Below are positions 26,101 through 39,019 of a stretch of 64,000 nt of DNA, in pieces. The stretch is from contig MU058584.1 of the NCBI GenBank assembly GCA_013265495.1, positions 1,090,616 through 1,154,615 of the forward strand, in the 5' to 3' direction. The stretch is from Vicugna vicugna (lineage: Eukaryota). A program made the position numbers and the translations under genes. Each line of letters opens with the position of its first letter. Within the stretch, counting starts at the first letter, position 1. The notes below the pieces were generated by a model. The model was not told the DNA's origin. It saw only the letters and a program-made list of their open reading frames with translations, and made no database searches.

Positions 26101-29100
26101 TAAATTAATGTAATAAAAATCTAAACATAAACAACAACAAAAAACTACTTTCAAGGGAAAACTGACTATCCATCAGCCTAAGCCAAACAAAAAAATCATC
26201 AGAGCAAAGCTAGTCAGATAAATTGGCTCATGTGACCAGCCAGACTTAAAAGTGCAGTATAAAAACTAAAGTGCTCCGTTCATTTAATTCAGAGACTGAG
26301 TTGAAAACATAAGATTGCTTAGGCCTTAATACTATGTGATCACCAGATAAATTGTTCATCATCAAAACCTGCTGTTGTAATATGCACTGCTTTTCTTCTC
26401 TAATGTCTAGATGTCATATAAAAATATAACATGAGAAAGGAAAATACTGGGTTTTGTCCTTTCTGTAATATAGAAGAGGAAAATGTGAGTGAGATGACTC
26501 AGGAAGGGTTCACCTAGAAAAAGAGTTCATTTTTTCCAGTTTGTGTGCAAAGTGATAATGAGGGAGCTGGGGTGAGGGAGCTGGGGTAAAGGACTACTGT
26601 ACTTCTTAGGTACGTCCATGGAGGTAAACAATGCCAGGAGAAAGAACTGAGTTTCCAAAGGAACCTAAAATTTAATAATAGCATCTTACACTTAATAGCA
26701 TGTGTAATTGCCAAGTCTAGGCTGAGTGCTTTACGTGATCTCATTTAACTCTGAGAACAAAGTCCTGAAGTAGATGTGATTAGCATCTTTCCACTGTAGA
26801 CAGGAAAAATGTGATACAGGGAAGTTCAGAAATTTACCCATGATCATATGCCAAAGAAGTGATAGACTTGAGTCAAACCTAGGAATCTGCCTAGAGTCCA
26901 TATGCTTTGTCTAGTCAAGAAGAAAGGCAAAAGAGGGAAGAGAAGGAAGAAGGAATCAAAGCAAGCAAGGGAAGAATGATAAGAAGAGATATAAATAGAG
27001 ATAAAAAGATAAAGAGAGTGGAGATAGGAAAGGAAGGTGTGAAGGGAAAGATGGGAAAAAATGCAAAAGAAAGAAACATGAAAGATATAGTAGAAGAAAA
27101 GGAAATAAAGATACATGTTATGAAGGACAAGATATCAACATTTCCTGCTCTCGTATCTGATTGGCTACCACACTCCAGAGCATTGTGCTACTACTGGGTT
27201 ATCTCGGACCCTTCCTGAGCTGGGGCAGGTGGAAACTCTCTCTGAGGATAGTAAAAAGTAAGTTTGGGAAGCAAGGGATAAATCCTAGGCCAGGGTCCTC
27301 ATTAAGAATCACTTCTGTTTACTTTTCTTCCTTTCTCTAGTTTTGCCAGATCCTAAACCATTCTCCAGAGAAAGTCTTGTTTGTTTGTTTTTTAAATACC
27401 TGAAGGAAGAAGAAAAGTGGATTAAAAAAACAGCTCAACCCTCCTTTGGTTCCAGCTCATCTGTTTTGGGGTGACATTGCACAGGAAATTCATTTAGCCC
27501 CTGTTGGAGTCATACACACATAGGATCCCAGATGGAAACAGGCATTTGGCACAAGATCCTGATCACGTTTCTCCTGATCTTTCCTACCCCTGGGAGGGAA
27601 GCCAGTGATGACCACAGAGTCTGGGTTAAAGGGAATTGTCCTGCACGTGAGTCTGGTCAAGGCAACAGCCTGTGCAAATTGACAGAGTTAGACCATGGGA
27701 ATTAGTGAGCGGTGACCTCTTGAGAATGACGTGGGGGTCAGTTTTGGCAGCATTGTTCTTCTGAAGAAAGTAGAATAAGAGTTTTGTTGATTTTTGTAGT
27801 ACTACTTGTAAAATTCCCAGATTATTTCACCAATCCATCTGGCTTTTCTGAAACTGTCTTCTAGGACAGGATATGCCTGAGATAATCTCCTCAGCAGCAA
27901 CAACAAATTATGGGAAACAAATTCTAGTTACGTCATAGTAAAGACAAGGCCTGCTCATTTTTCTTTTACCACCATGCCTATAAGCTCTGTCGTTTTCATT
28001 TTCTTCTCATTTCTTCTTTGTAGGACTTGGAATCTTTGCTACCCTTTCCTTGTTGCTAGTAATTTCATACCTGTGGGGTGTTAGAAAGGCCACACGTAAA
28101 GGTAGTTTGCAAATTCCCGATCAATTTCCCTTCCAATTCCTATCTTGGAGATGGCCTTCCCTTACATGGAGACCCTTAACTAGAAACTGCAGGCTCATCC
28201 TTGGTAATTCTTTCTCATTCACTCTACACACCCAGGAGTTACCCAGCTCTGCAGAATTCCTCTGGGTGAGATCTCTCAAGGTCTGTTTCTGCCTCCCCTC
28301 TGCAATTGACCATAGCAGGCCCTTCATCCAGGCCCTCATCATACATGGCCTGGCTTGTTGTCTTGGCCTTACTTCTAGACTCTCTACCTCTGGTCAAAAA
28401 CCCTCTAGTTCACTCCAAATAACTGCAAGTCTGCTCTAAAATGCACATTTGATCTCTCACTCTCCTGCTTAAAATTTGCAATGCTCCCAACCCTCCAGGC
28501 TAGTAGTCAAGACTACTTTATGGTTTGGAATTCTTTCTAGATTTCTGGCCTCATCTCTTACAAATCCTCCTTTGATGCAGCTATAACAATTTACAGTTTC
28601 TGAAGTGACATGTTGTTCATTGACTCTGTCATCATCCAAGTCAGTCTTCTAAGCCTCTCTTTTATCTAACTAAACTCCTATTCTTTATTTGAAACTCAGC
28701 TGAAGACCTACCCACATTGAGAAACCTTCTCCCACTTCCAAATGTTCCGCTGTGGGGTTCCCTTGATATTCAGTCATGCTTTTATTATTACTAGCACATT
28801 GCCCTATAACCGTTGTCTTATAAGTGGGTCTCCCAACCAACAGTGCCAATTTCTCAAGATTTCTAACCATGTCTCCTTTACTTTTATAGCTCCTGCTCCA
28901 AGGAATGAGCCTAACACACAGATGGGGACTATATGTTGACTGAGTGGCTGACTGTGGTTTTACGTCCTCCTGGAGTCATCCAGCTCCTCCTACTTTCTAA
29001 GTGCTTACTGTGTACTGAGTTCTTACATGAGCCAATGATCTCAGATTCTACTACACTTTTGCCATTTTCCTCTTGGAGAATGCAAGGATATTTCTCCCAG

Positions 29101-29250
29101 GCTTGTGCTGGGGGCTGGGGGTGAAATAACCAGAGTAAGGAAGAGTGGTTGGAGCCACTTTACAGAGAAAAGAAGATTTAAAAAAAAGAAGTTTCAAGAG
29201 TGCAAACAGTGTATTTTTATATCTATTTTACACATACAGTTAAAACTACA

Positions 29251-29345
29251 GGGGTGTGTATGTAGCTCAGTGGCAGAGGCCATGATTAACATGCATGAGG
29301 TCCTAGGCTCAATCCCCAGTACCTCCATTTAAAAAAGAAAAAAAA
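29251..29345 (+). mobile_element. Short tRNA-derived SINE (camelid type)
   Basis: TAGCTCAGTGG A box, GGCTCAATCCCC B box, an A tail, and the approximate TSD AAAAC(T)TACA. It is homologous to the SINE at 7845. Confidence 0.85.
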
Positions 29346-29700
29346 ACTTACATATACTTTCTATAATTGTATATATAATTAAAATCTGTGTGCTCCTGTA
29401 TGTGCAGAACTCTTTTACATCCATGGCATAAAATGCTAACGTTTATTATTTGGTTTCTGCTAATACCTCTCTATGTGTATTAACTTATTTAATGCATGTA
29501 ACAACCTCAGGCACTAAAATGTATCACCTCCCTTTTATAGATCAACTGAGGCATAGAAAGGCAAGCAACTTGCCCAAGATCACACAGCTCATATGCAGAC
29601 GAGCCAGGAGTTGGCCCCAAGGCACGTGGCTCGAGAGCCCAAAGTCTTTGCTACACTGCCTCTCACATAAGCCTGAAGTTCTGTCTACCTGGTCATCAGT

Positions 29701-29852
<152 letters not shown>

Positions 29853-32433
29853 ACTAGATTAATTGACCACTCTTCCATCAAAAACTGTTTCTCTGAAAGT
29901 TTCTTCCGCTAATTTTGTATCACACTCATTTCTTGGTATGCTCCTATATCTGTTCGTCTCCACTACTTCTTGTACAAATTTTAACAGCTTGCTCCTGACT
30001 GTGCTTTCTAACACTCCACCGCATGTTTCCTTCAAACCCTTCTCCCGTGACCTGCACGAGATACCCCTATCACCGGAGCGAGAGTCAGGACTTTTAAAAC
30101 CGAAATAAATCTAGACCAGCGCTGTACCGGCACCTGTCCACAGAGCCAGCTCACTCAGTTGCCTCCTTCATTTCTACATCCCTGTGGACACTTGGACTCT
30201 GTGGAATAATTACAGATAGCAGGTGGGGCACTCTCCATGCCTGCCTCTGATTCTGTTCCCCGATTTATGGCTCTTTAGCACACTGATAATTGAGAGGTAA
30301 ACTGGCATTCCGTGACCTCAGCACTGAAAATAAATAGGCTCCCAGCACTATTAATTTCTTAGGATGAAATCTTACAGAAAGTTTGAGTCAGATGAATAAA
30401 CTTAAGTATAAATGGAAGACCCATGCACAGGAAAGGGAATACTTAAAGCAAATGGGGAAACGATTACAGGTAAATGTTTAAGTCCATATTTTAAAGACAA
30501 TAATAGTTTTCACTTCCTCGAGGCTGATATTTAATTTGGCACTGAATTTGTTCTTTACATAGTTTTCCCATTCAATTCTTCCACTTTGCAAAGTAACAAA
30601 GCTTTTCAGAGTTGAGTGTGGTTGAGTTATTTGCCCAAGATCTCAAGCAAATAAACAACAGAATCGAGGTTAAAATAAAATCACTTTGAATCCAGAGTTC
30701 TTCTGGTCTTATTGATTCCTAATGAGTCTTCCCCCAAATTATTCTGCTTTTAATGATCACCTCAAAACAACTCTTTCATGAAGGGAGATCAGCATGTGGA
30801 AGTGATTTTACATGAACTTTTACCCAGTCCTAGATAACTGATCTGGGACAAATGAAAACTCTTATCTGAAGCAGAAATTAGGGAAGCTTCACATAAATGA
30901 CAGATTCCCAGGTTCCAGCTCCACAGATTTGGTGTTTGGAGGATGGATACCATAAAAAATATATACATTTAACAGACTGTCTAAATTATCAGTTTGGAAA
31001 CCATTGATCTAGGGGACGGAGGCTAGAACCAGGAATCTGAAACTGTGTATCCATTCATATAGATGATTTCCTACCACTCTCTGTATCTTAGTTTCCCCAC
31101 TGGCAAAATGAACTTAATAATCCAGTCTGAACTGGACACAGAAGCTGTGCAAGGAGGGTAGCCTGCAAGAAGTACCTGAGGGATAAGGAGAAAAGGTCCT
31201 CGCCTGATTATTCACATTGATAATGGCTACGAATCATAGCCTCTGAAACACAAAACACATTGGGTCATTTGACATTCACAGCCACCTGTGAAATAGGTAT
31301 TATTGTTATGATACCCATTTCTTCAGATGAGGAAACATAAATTTGCATAGCTAATAAGTGGTAGTCTTCAGTTGCCTAATTTAATGGTCTTCCCACAATA
31401 CCACACTGCTTTCTACATTATTATTATCATTTCAGGGGGTTGGAAAAAGAAACAGAGAGAGGAATTTGATAGCAAAAATATGAGACAGTGAACTGAAATG
31501 ATAAGGTTATTGAGGAAGCACAAAAGTGATTAATTCTTAGGAGTAAACAGCTCCAAAAATTGCTGACTTAAATCATGCATCTTCAAGGGACATATTTGAA
31601 AATAATAAATGTGAAGTGAACAAATTCCTCAGAGTACTTATTCCTTTTTATAAGGACACTAGAATGATAATAATAATGAATGACAATAAGTGAACTTATG
31701 GTTGATAATAAGGTTCCTTAGTAAGTTAGAATGAAAGGAAGTTAGCTAAAGACAGTATTTCATTGAATTAACTAACCATTCTCCGTAGAAGAGTAAATCT
31801 GCCTGGAGGTCATTAAAAATTGTATAATAATGCCTGGCACAGAATAATTGCTCAATAAATGGTGTCTGTTTGTACTGTTACATCTGAAGTCACCTTCCTT
31901 CACTCAGTGCAAACTTCAGAGAGAAACTGACAAATTACTACTCTTCCGTTCTCCTTGCTGTTCCATGACAGCCATTCTTTATGTTCTAATTAAAGCATTT
32001 CTTTTCATCTATTTCCACAGTGTAATCTACTCCATCAGTAAAGTTGCTTTTGCCTGGTGTTTACTGACATCTAGAATAAGCTCAAACGAACACCCTGATT
32101 GTCCAGTCAGCTACCTGAACATTAGAAATGGTTCAATTAGGAGGTGTTGTCAGATAGCCTGCTTTACTGGAAAAGGTGAATTGGTCACCTGAATTTCACT
32201 TTCACAGGTCTCTGGAAAAGAGTTGTTCCAATCAAGCAGATGTCGCTTGGTGTACAAGATTCTCTCTTGCCTCTAGTTATTCTTTACCTGAATTAATTTA
32301 TTCCAGGAACTGGACTATTCCAAATAATTCAGGCACACTGGGCAGTGACATTGATTCTTTCAGGTGACAGATTGTCCTTTAATCAGTTCTTTTCTTTACT
32401 GAGGTCTGCTGACTCCAGAGTGGGGAGAAACCC

Positions 32434-32496
32434 ACTCAGGAACATTGCCTTTATCAGCAAAAAACTCAGGAACATTGTCTTTATCAGCAAAAAACT
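32434..32496. repeat. 30-bp tandem duplication (ACTCAGGAACATTGYCTTTATCAGCAAAAA x2)
   Basis: Two copies with one mismatch, followed by ACT microhomology. Confidence 0.95.
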
Positions 32497-34147
32497 ACCG
32501 AATTCATTTTGATGGTTTTTTCACCCCTTACCAGCAGACGACAGTGATAAAGTCAGTATTGTTACTGTAAAGACCTGGGTATATCTGTTACCCAAGATAT
32601 TTCTCTTTAAGGCCTTGAGGCATCGAAATGAAATCTTCCTCCCCATCCATCAGTGTTCAAGATGAAATGAGAGCCAGAGAAACAAAGCGAGGAAGGAAAG
32701 GGAGATGATCACCTTTACAAGCTGAAATTGGAACTATACTCTAATAAATCTCTTTTATTGCTTATAGTTCGTCAGTTTTAATTCGGAATGGGATGAGACA
32801 AAGATAAGCAGACCTTGTTTAATCTTCAACGAGTCATGTGTATGAAAAATGCTCACTACCTGGGTCACTTAGCCGTGACAAAATTATCATCCTTTCTTGT
32901 TAGAAACATTTCTCAATTTCACCTTCACCTCTTTAAATAGGGACAGAACGTTCTTGAAATTCATGTCCACAGATTAATAATTAAAGTGAAGACAATGTTA
33001 TAGAGGCCCAAGGTGAATATTTTTATACTTGCCCCCGAAATATAAAGAACTCGTTACCTGTAGCCTGAGAAAACAGGAAGAAAAAGGTAATCGATATCAC
33101 AATCTGTATTTTCCAGAGACTGGCCACAGTTAATTAAGAAAAAAATCAGAGATGTAGGGAAAATAGTTTTAAGGAATTTTTCAAAAATAGTCATCTATAC
33201 GGGAATCAAAGAGAGCAAGCTGGAACTCAGCGGGGTTCCCAGAGAATTAAAAATGTTATTGGCTGTGAAACCCTTCAAAAGCATTGGGCGATATGCTTAG
33301 GTAAGGTGTTACTGATAAGGCTATAAGGAATGGACATAGTACTGGATGACCTCTGGTAAAGACACACTTCAGTCTAAGTAGAAAATCCAGAAGTCTTATT
33401 TCTAGGCTAGACACTAACAACATTCAATGCACAATGAATTTATGTAGTCATAGGTCATCTTTCATTATGATTAAGAAATCGTTCCAAAATAAAAAATCAG
33501 ACATCTCCTGATTTGATGTAACTTTGATGCAAGCTGGAACATGATGTAATGTTTTAATATAGAGATCCTTGGGTAACTTGATGATGGAAAATATTGAGAA
33601 TGAGAAGATAAGAGCATTGGAGTGTGAGAGGACTGTTAATAGTCCATTGTCCTTCCGCTGCTCCAAGGGCTCTTGAGATGGGACTATCAGTCACAGTAGC
33701 ATGGCCCTGCCTCCCTCCATGCAATTGGACACACAAAATAAACAAGGCTAATCAGACTTTGCCATTTGACTCTTGAGCACAAAAGTGTCCATGAAATCCA
33801 AAGCTTGATTATTTAGCTCTTCTATGAACTATGTAGCACTTTTGATACTTTTTTTTTCAGTTTTCTTAAGTTTGCAAAAGTTGATTTCTCTAGTTTAAAA
33901 CCAGAGGTCACTGGTGGAAATGTGTCCTGTCAGGTGGAAATATTATATAAAATCTTCAAAGTTTATTAGTCTTCATATATGTAATTTAAAAATCCTCTGG
34001 TAATCAATTTAGTTTCCTTATTTCGTGACCCATGGAAGCAGCTCTGCAGAACACTAAAACTGTCCATTTATTTTTGTATCAGTCAACTTCTGTTGCATAG
34101 CAAACCACTTCAAAATGTGAAACTCAATGCCTTAAAACAACACTTAA

Positions 34148-34618
34148 CAGGCACACCTCATTTTATTGCTTTATTGTGCTTCACAGATGTCGTGTATTTT
34201 ACAAATTGAAGGTTTGGAGCCACCTTGCATGGAGCAAGTCTTTTGGTGCCATTTCTTACAATAGCATTTGCTCACTTCCTGCCTCTGTGTCACATTTTGG
34301 TAATTCTCACAATATTTCAAACTTTTCCAGTATTATTGTATTTGTTATGGTGACTTGTGATTGGTTATTTTTGATGTCACTACTATGACTAGCTGAAGGA
34401 TCAGAAAATAGCATTTTTAGCAATAAAATAGTTTTATATTAAGGTATATACTTTTTAAACATAGTACTATTGTACACTTACTGTAGTACAGTGGAGTGTA
34501 AACATAACTTTTATATGCACTGGGAAACCAAAAAATTGGTGTGACTTGCTTTATCATAGTATTTGTTTTATTGCGATGGTCTAGAACCAAACCCACAATA
34601 TCCCCAAGGTGTGTCTTG
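34148..34618 (+). mobile_element. Tigger1 internal-deletion derivative nested in an MLT1-like LTR (about 34075-34985)
   Basis: CAGGCACACCTC left end and AAGGTGTGTCTTG|TA right end. Both Tigger1 termini are present without the transposase. Confidence 0.85.
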
Positions 34619-36489
34619 TACTTATTCTAACCCGAGTGCCTATGGAATTGCTGAGGGTCCCCTGGTCTAAACCAGGCACAATAAGGCTTGTCCTCAGGTT
34701 GCAATCTGTGCCTAGGGCTTCTTCACATACCTACTTCCTACCCTCCTTGGTCAGCAGGCAATCCATATCATGTTCTCATGGAGACGACACGAGTGCCAAG
34801 TGACAGGTTCCATTCTACAAACATATTTCATGTCCTTCCTGACATCTCATCCACTAACATCATATTGGCCAAAAAGTTACATGGCCAAAGCCATGCCGGG
34901 AAGCCAGGCTGGTAAGTACACTTCGCCTATTTCAGAAGGAAGAAGTGAATGAATATTTGCTGTGAAACAATCTGAATAATCACATCACAGCTTTCATTCA
35001 TATTTTAATATACCTGTCATACACAAAATGTGCTCATTCTATCCTAAGACCTTTAAAAGACTTATTCAAGTTTAGCCTCAAGCTTGAAGTTCAGAATCTC
35101 TTGATCTACTTCATGTTCAGATAGGGTTCATCTTATTCCATAGATCCATACATTTACGAGACAGTTTGCCCTCCACACACATCAATATATAATGGAGTAT
35201 GAGCATAGTAACTATTTTGAGAAAGAAACAATGAAAGGCCCATAGTAGTCACTGGTCAGGAGAAATTCTGAAATCGGGCTGAGCAAAAATGGCCACTTCC
35301 TTCTCCACTGAGGGTAGAAAGATTCCTTTATTAGACACTAAGTCATTGTTTTCTGCAGTTCTTGGGCCCAGCCTCTGGGAGTTTTGTTTGTTTGTTTCCT
35401 TTGCCATCATGCTTCTTGGCTATTTCTGAAGACGGCATCAGTAAATCTGCCCTCTTGGTCACCGAGCAGCTTTCTCTACCTGCTTCCCACCTAGAGAAAG
35501 TTGGGGACGTGGAGGTCTTTTTACATATTAAGCCATATCAACCTGTTTTCAGTCTAGGTTGGCAGCACTTTTACCAGCACAATTCTATTAGAACTGTGTG
35601 GGTTTTCTATGTGTTTGATTCCAGGCAACTCCATGTTGCCAAAAGCATACGTACAACTACTTTTTAGGTATGCTCCATTTCTAGGATAAATCACTGGTAC
35701 TTCAGGCACTTCAGACTCCTGTGGTAGCATGTCATTAAGCTTTCTATCACCCCCTTTTTTCAATGATGGAATCCTAATTGCCAGATTTTTAGGGAAATAA
35801 TAAAAATCCATAAGTAAATATCTATCACAGTGCATGTCACACGGTACATGCTTCATAAATATTACATAGCAGTTCGTTCTTATTTCATATGGTTGTTAAG
35901 TCCATCTCTTATAAGTTTGGTTGAATATTAACAGACATTCCCCAAATAATATATTGTTTAGAGTCTAGTCATCCAAATAGAATTGATAAAAATCAAAATT
36001 TTATATTTGCAAAGCTGAGAACTACACGACTATTATGGAAGTGCACCAAAGTGCCAACTTTGTATAAGGAAAGTCCCAAACCACCTCTTTCCTACTTTCT
36101 AACACTGCTAAGAGTCAGCAAGACATTTATGAGGAGTAACATAAATTTATACAAAAATTTGTACGCTCTCTGGTTTTACGTTTGGAAAATGGCATCATGG
36201 TCCTCTACCTAATCCTAAGGCGTCTGACCTTGAATAAAACAATGGTTGCCGATTTGTGCCACTGAAAGGGGGACACTGTTAAACTCCAGAAAGAAGGCAC
36301 GCGAATCTCTCGTTAGATGACCTCATTAATGACTTGAGGCAATCACTTTCTGAGCCTATCTCCTCATCAATTCAGTGGGAAAATGGTATCGACCTTACAG
36401 TGTTTTTGTGAAGACTGAATAAGGTTATGCACTAACACACACCTAGCATAGGGCACATAACCGACAACAACAGTTCTGAATCCCTTATA

Positions 36490-37017
36490 ACCTGCCTTTT
36501 AATCTTTTGCTAACTTGGAAAGCTACAGAACTATGTTTCTCAATCCCCTTTGCAGCAGTTTCTGAATGTGATTTGAACTCCATCAGCCAGGTGGATTTGT
36601 ACGCGTCTGATACAGAACGGAGTTACACAGAGAAAGAGACAAGGTATAGGGAAGTCACATTGCTGGCAAAGATCACGGTAATGGGCGTAGAATTCTGGAT
36701 CTAAGACCCTTGGTGTCACTTTCCTGATTCAGCAGCTTTGTGTTTATAACAGAGGTAGTCTTGCCCTGAATCCAGCAGTGACAGCAACTAACTTCACGCT
36801 TCTGCAGTTCCTTGAAAGCGGGAGAGGTAGCACCTGCTCGCTGGCAGCTGTGTGGGTACTGGGTGTGCTATCGGTAGTCCTTTTCGGAAGCTCAGCTTGC
36901 TTGTTTCTTCAGTTCTGCCAATGATTTTGTGAACTATCTGCTACCATTTGTAAGTCCATTTTGCTTAAGCCGGTTCAGTGAACTTTGTTTCTACATTTTG
37001 GAACCCTGATAAGTACA
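36490..37017 (+). mobile_element. Old ERVL-type LTR (LTR33/LTR16-like)
   Basis: The 3' end TTTGCTTAAGCC...GAACCCTGATAAGTACA resembles ERVL LTR ends. The start is approximate. Confidence 0.5.
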
Positions 37018-38488
37018 GTGTACATTCTGATGTTACATCTGAAGATAAGTCTCATGGAAAGCTTCCTTTTAGGGAATAAAGTTTTGTATAATGGAAAATC
37101 ACGGCTTTAGGGGGCTTTGTATTTTCAAATCCAAATGATTTATGAGTCGTAGAACATCAGAAAAATTATTTCACTTGTCTGAATTCAGGCTACTTATCTG
37201 TAAATTGTTGCTAATAGTATCAATATAAAGGGTTTCCCATTTTTTCACAATATATTTATTAACCATTTACTAAATGTCAATTCTTCTAGATACTTTATTT
37301 GGACAAGACAGACTAATGCCTGCTCTTATGGTTGCTTAAACTTTAGTGGGAAGACAGAGACAATAAAAAAATTGGAAAAATATATAATATGTCAAGTGGA
37401 AATAAGTGCTTAGAGAAGAAAAATAAGTCAGAGAAGGGGTTAGCATACAATAGGGAAGGGGCGGGTGGATCTTGTTTTATGGAGTATGGTCCAAGAGGGC
37501 TTTTTGAGCTAAGACATGAAAAATGTGGTTTTCTGAAATAAGAATGTTCAGGGCACAGGGAAAGTGTGCTTTGCACATTGAAGGACCAGCTAGCAGGCCA
37601 GTCTGGTTGGAGCGTAATGAGTGATGGCGAGAATAGTTGGCAGTGAGGCCAGAGTGGTAGCAGGGGACGGATCACAGTTCTCAGGCCATTGAAAGGTCTT
37701 TATTTTACTGGAACTGAAAATCAGATACAATATGTACCTTCCCTAGCCTGGAGCATTAAGAATTCCTTTCTCTTTCCAACACAAAGTAAGTTGGTTAAAT
37801 CTCTGCGACATAAGGCCCGCCTTAGGGCTTCCAGGCTTAATGGCAGGAGTTTTTTTCTTTCTCTGTATCCGCCTCTCTCTCAGAAACTATAAAAAGTTAC
37901 TGATCTTCAAGGATTACATCCATTGAGTCTTTAGTAACTCAGTGAATACAAGGTCATGTAAAGAGAAAGAAAAGTAGAGGAAATCAATTTGCAAAAAATT
38001 AAAAGAAATATTTTCAGCGTGAGAGAAAACTGATTGATCAGCCTCTCAGCTAAAGTCAACAGATTTTCTGATATAGAGCAGATCCATCTGAGTCTCCTTG
38101 CCTTCCTTCTCCTGTTGGACCTCTCTGTGAAGCCATTCTTTAACACATCCTGTTCCCGCTGCCTGGATTGAACATTCCCCTTTTAGTCTGCTAAAATCCC
38201 TTAATTTTGCTTTTAAAATAATTATAATCGAGCTTCCGTGCCATCGTCTCTGTGAAACCTCTTCTGATTCTCCAGAGCAGAGCTGATTGATTCTTCTATC
38301 TGTTCTCATCACATTTCTTTCATGTCTTTATAGTCTTTCAACACTTAATAGTCTTTCTTGTCTCTCACACAAGGCTGTGTGCTCCTCATGGCACGTTTAT
38401 CTCTCATTCTTTGTGAGGAAGAAAGGAAGGGAGGGAAGGAGGGAGAGAGGGAGGAAGGAAGAAGAAAGGAGGGAAGGAAGGAAGGAAG

Positions 38489-39019
38489 TGTTGTCAGAGA
38501 ATAGGTTCTTGATTCACCCAGGGAAGAATTCAAGACTGAGGCAGAGTAAAGTGAAAACAAGTCTATTTAGAGAGATACACGCTCCATAGGCGGAGTGCAG
38601 ACCATCTCAAAAGGTGAGAGGGAGAGAGATCAAGAGGGTGGAGATGTTCAGTTTAAAGTAAAAGTAGATACACACTTCACAGAGTGTGGGCCGTCTCAGA
38701 AGGCAACAGAGAGAGCAACCACAAGGTGCAGAGTTGTTCGTTTTCACGGGCTCGGTAATTTCATATGCTAATGAGCAGGAGGATTATTCCAAGTACTTTG
38801 GGGAAAGGAGGAGATTTCCAAGAACTGGGCCCCTGCCCACTTTTTGACTTTTTATGGTCAGCCTAGGAACTGTCATGGCACCTGTGGTTGTGCCATGAGG
38901 CTCAATCAAGGTCTACTGGAAGTTGAATCTTCTGCATTCTTGGTTGTAACCAGTTTTTTCTGTCCTCAAATGCTGTGTCATTCCTTCAGTGGTTGTGCCC
39001 TGCTCCCTTCCCTCCTGTC
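38489..39019 (-). mobile_element. ERV1-type solo LTR inserted in a (GGAA)-rich tract
   Basis: Begins TGTTG, has an internal partial duplication (AGATACAC...CATCTC/CGTCTC), and interrupts a purine-rich repeat. Confidence 0.65.

Noticed and set aside
26844..27218. Lys/Glu-rich and Phe/Leu-rich ORFs (also 29450-29881 and 38287-38589)
   Set aside because: They arise from purine-rich low-complexity or microsatellite DNA.
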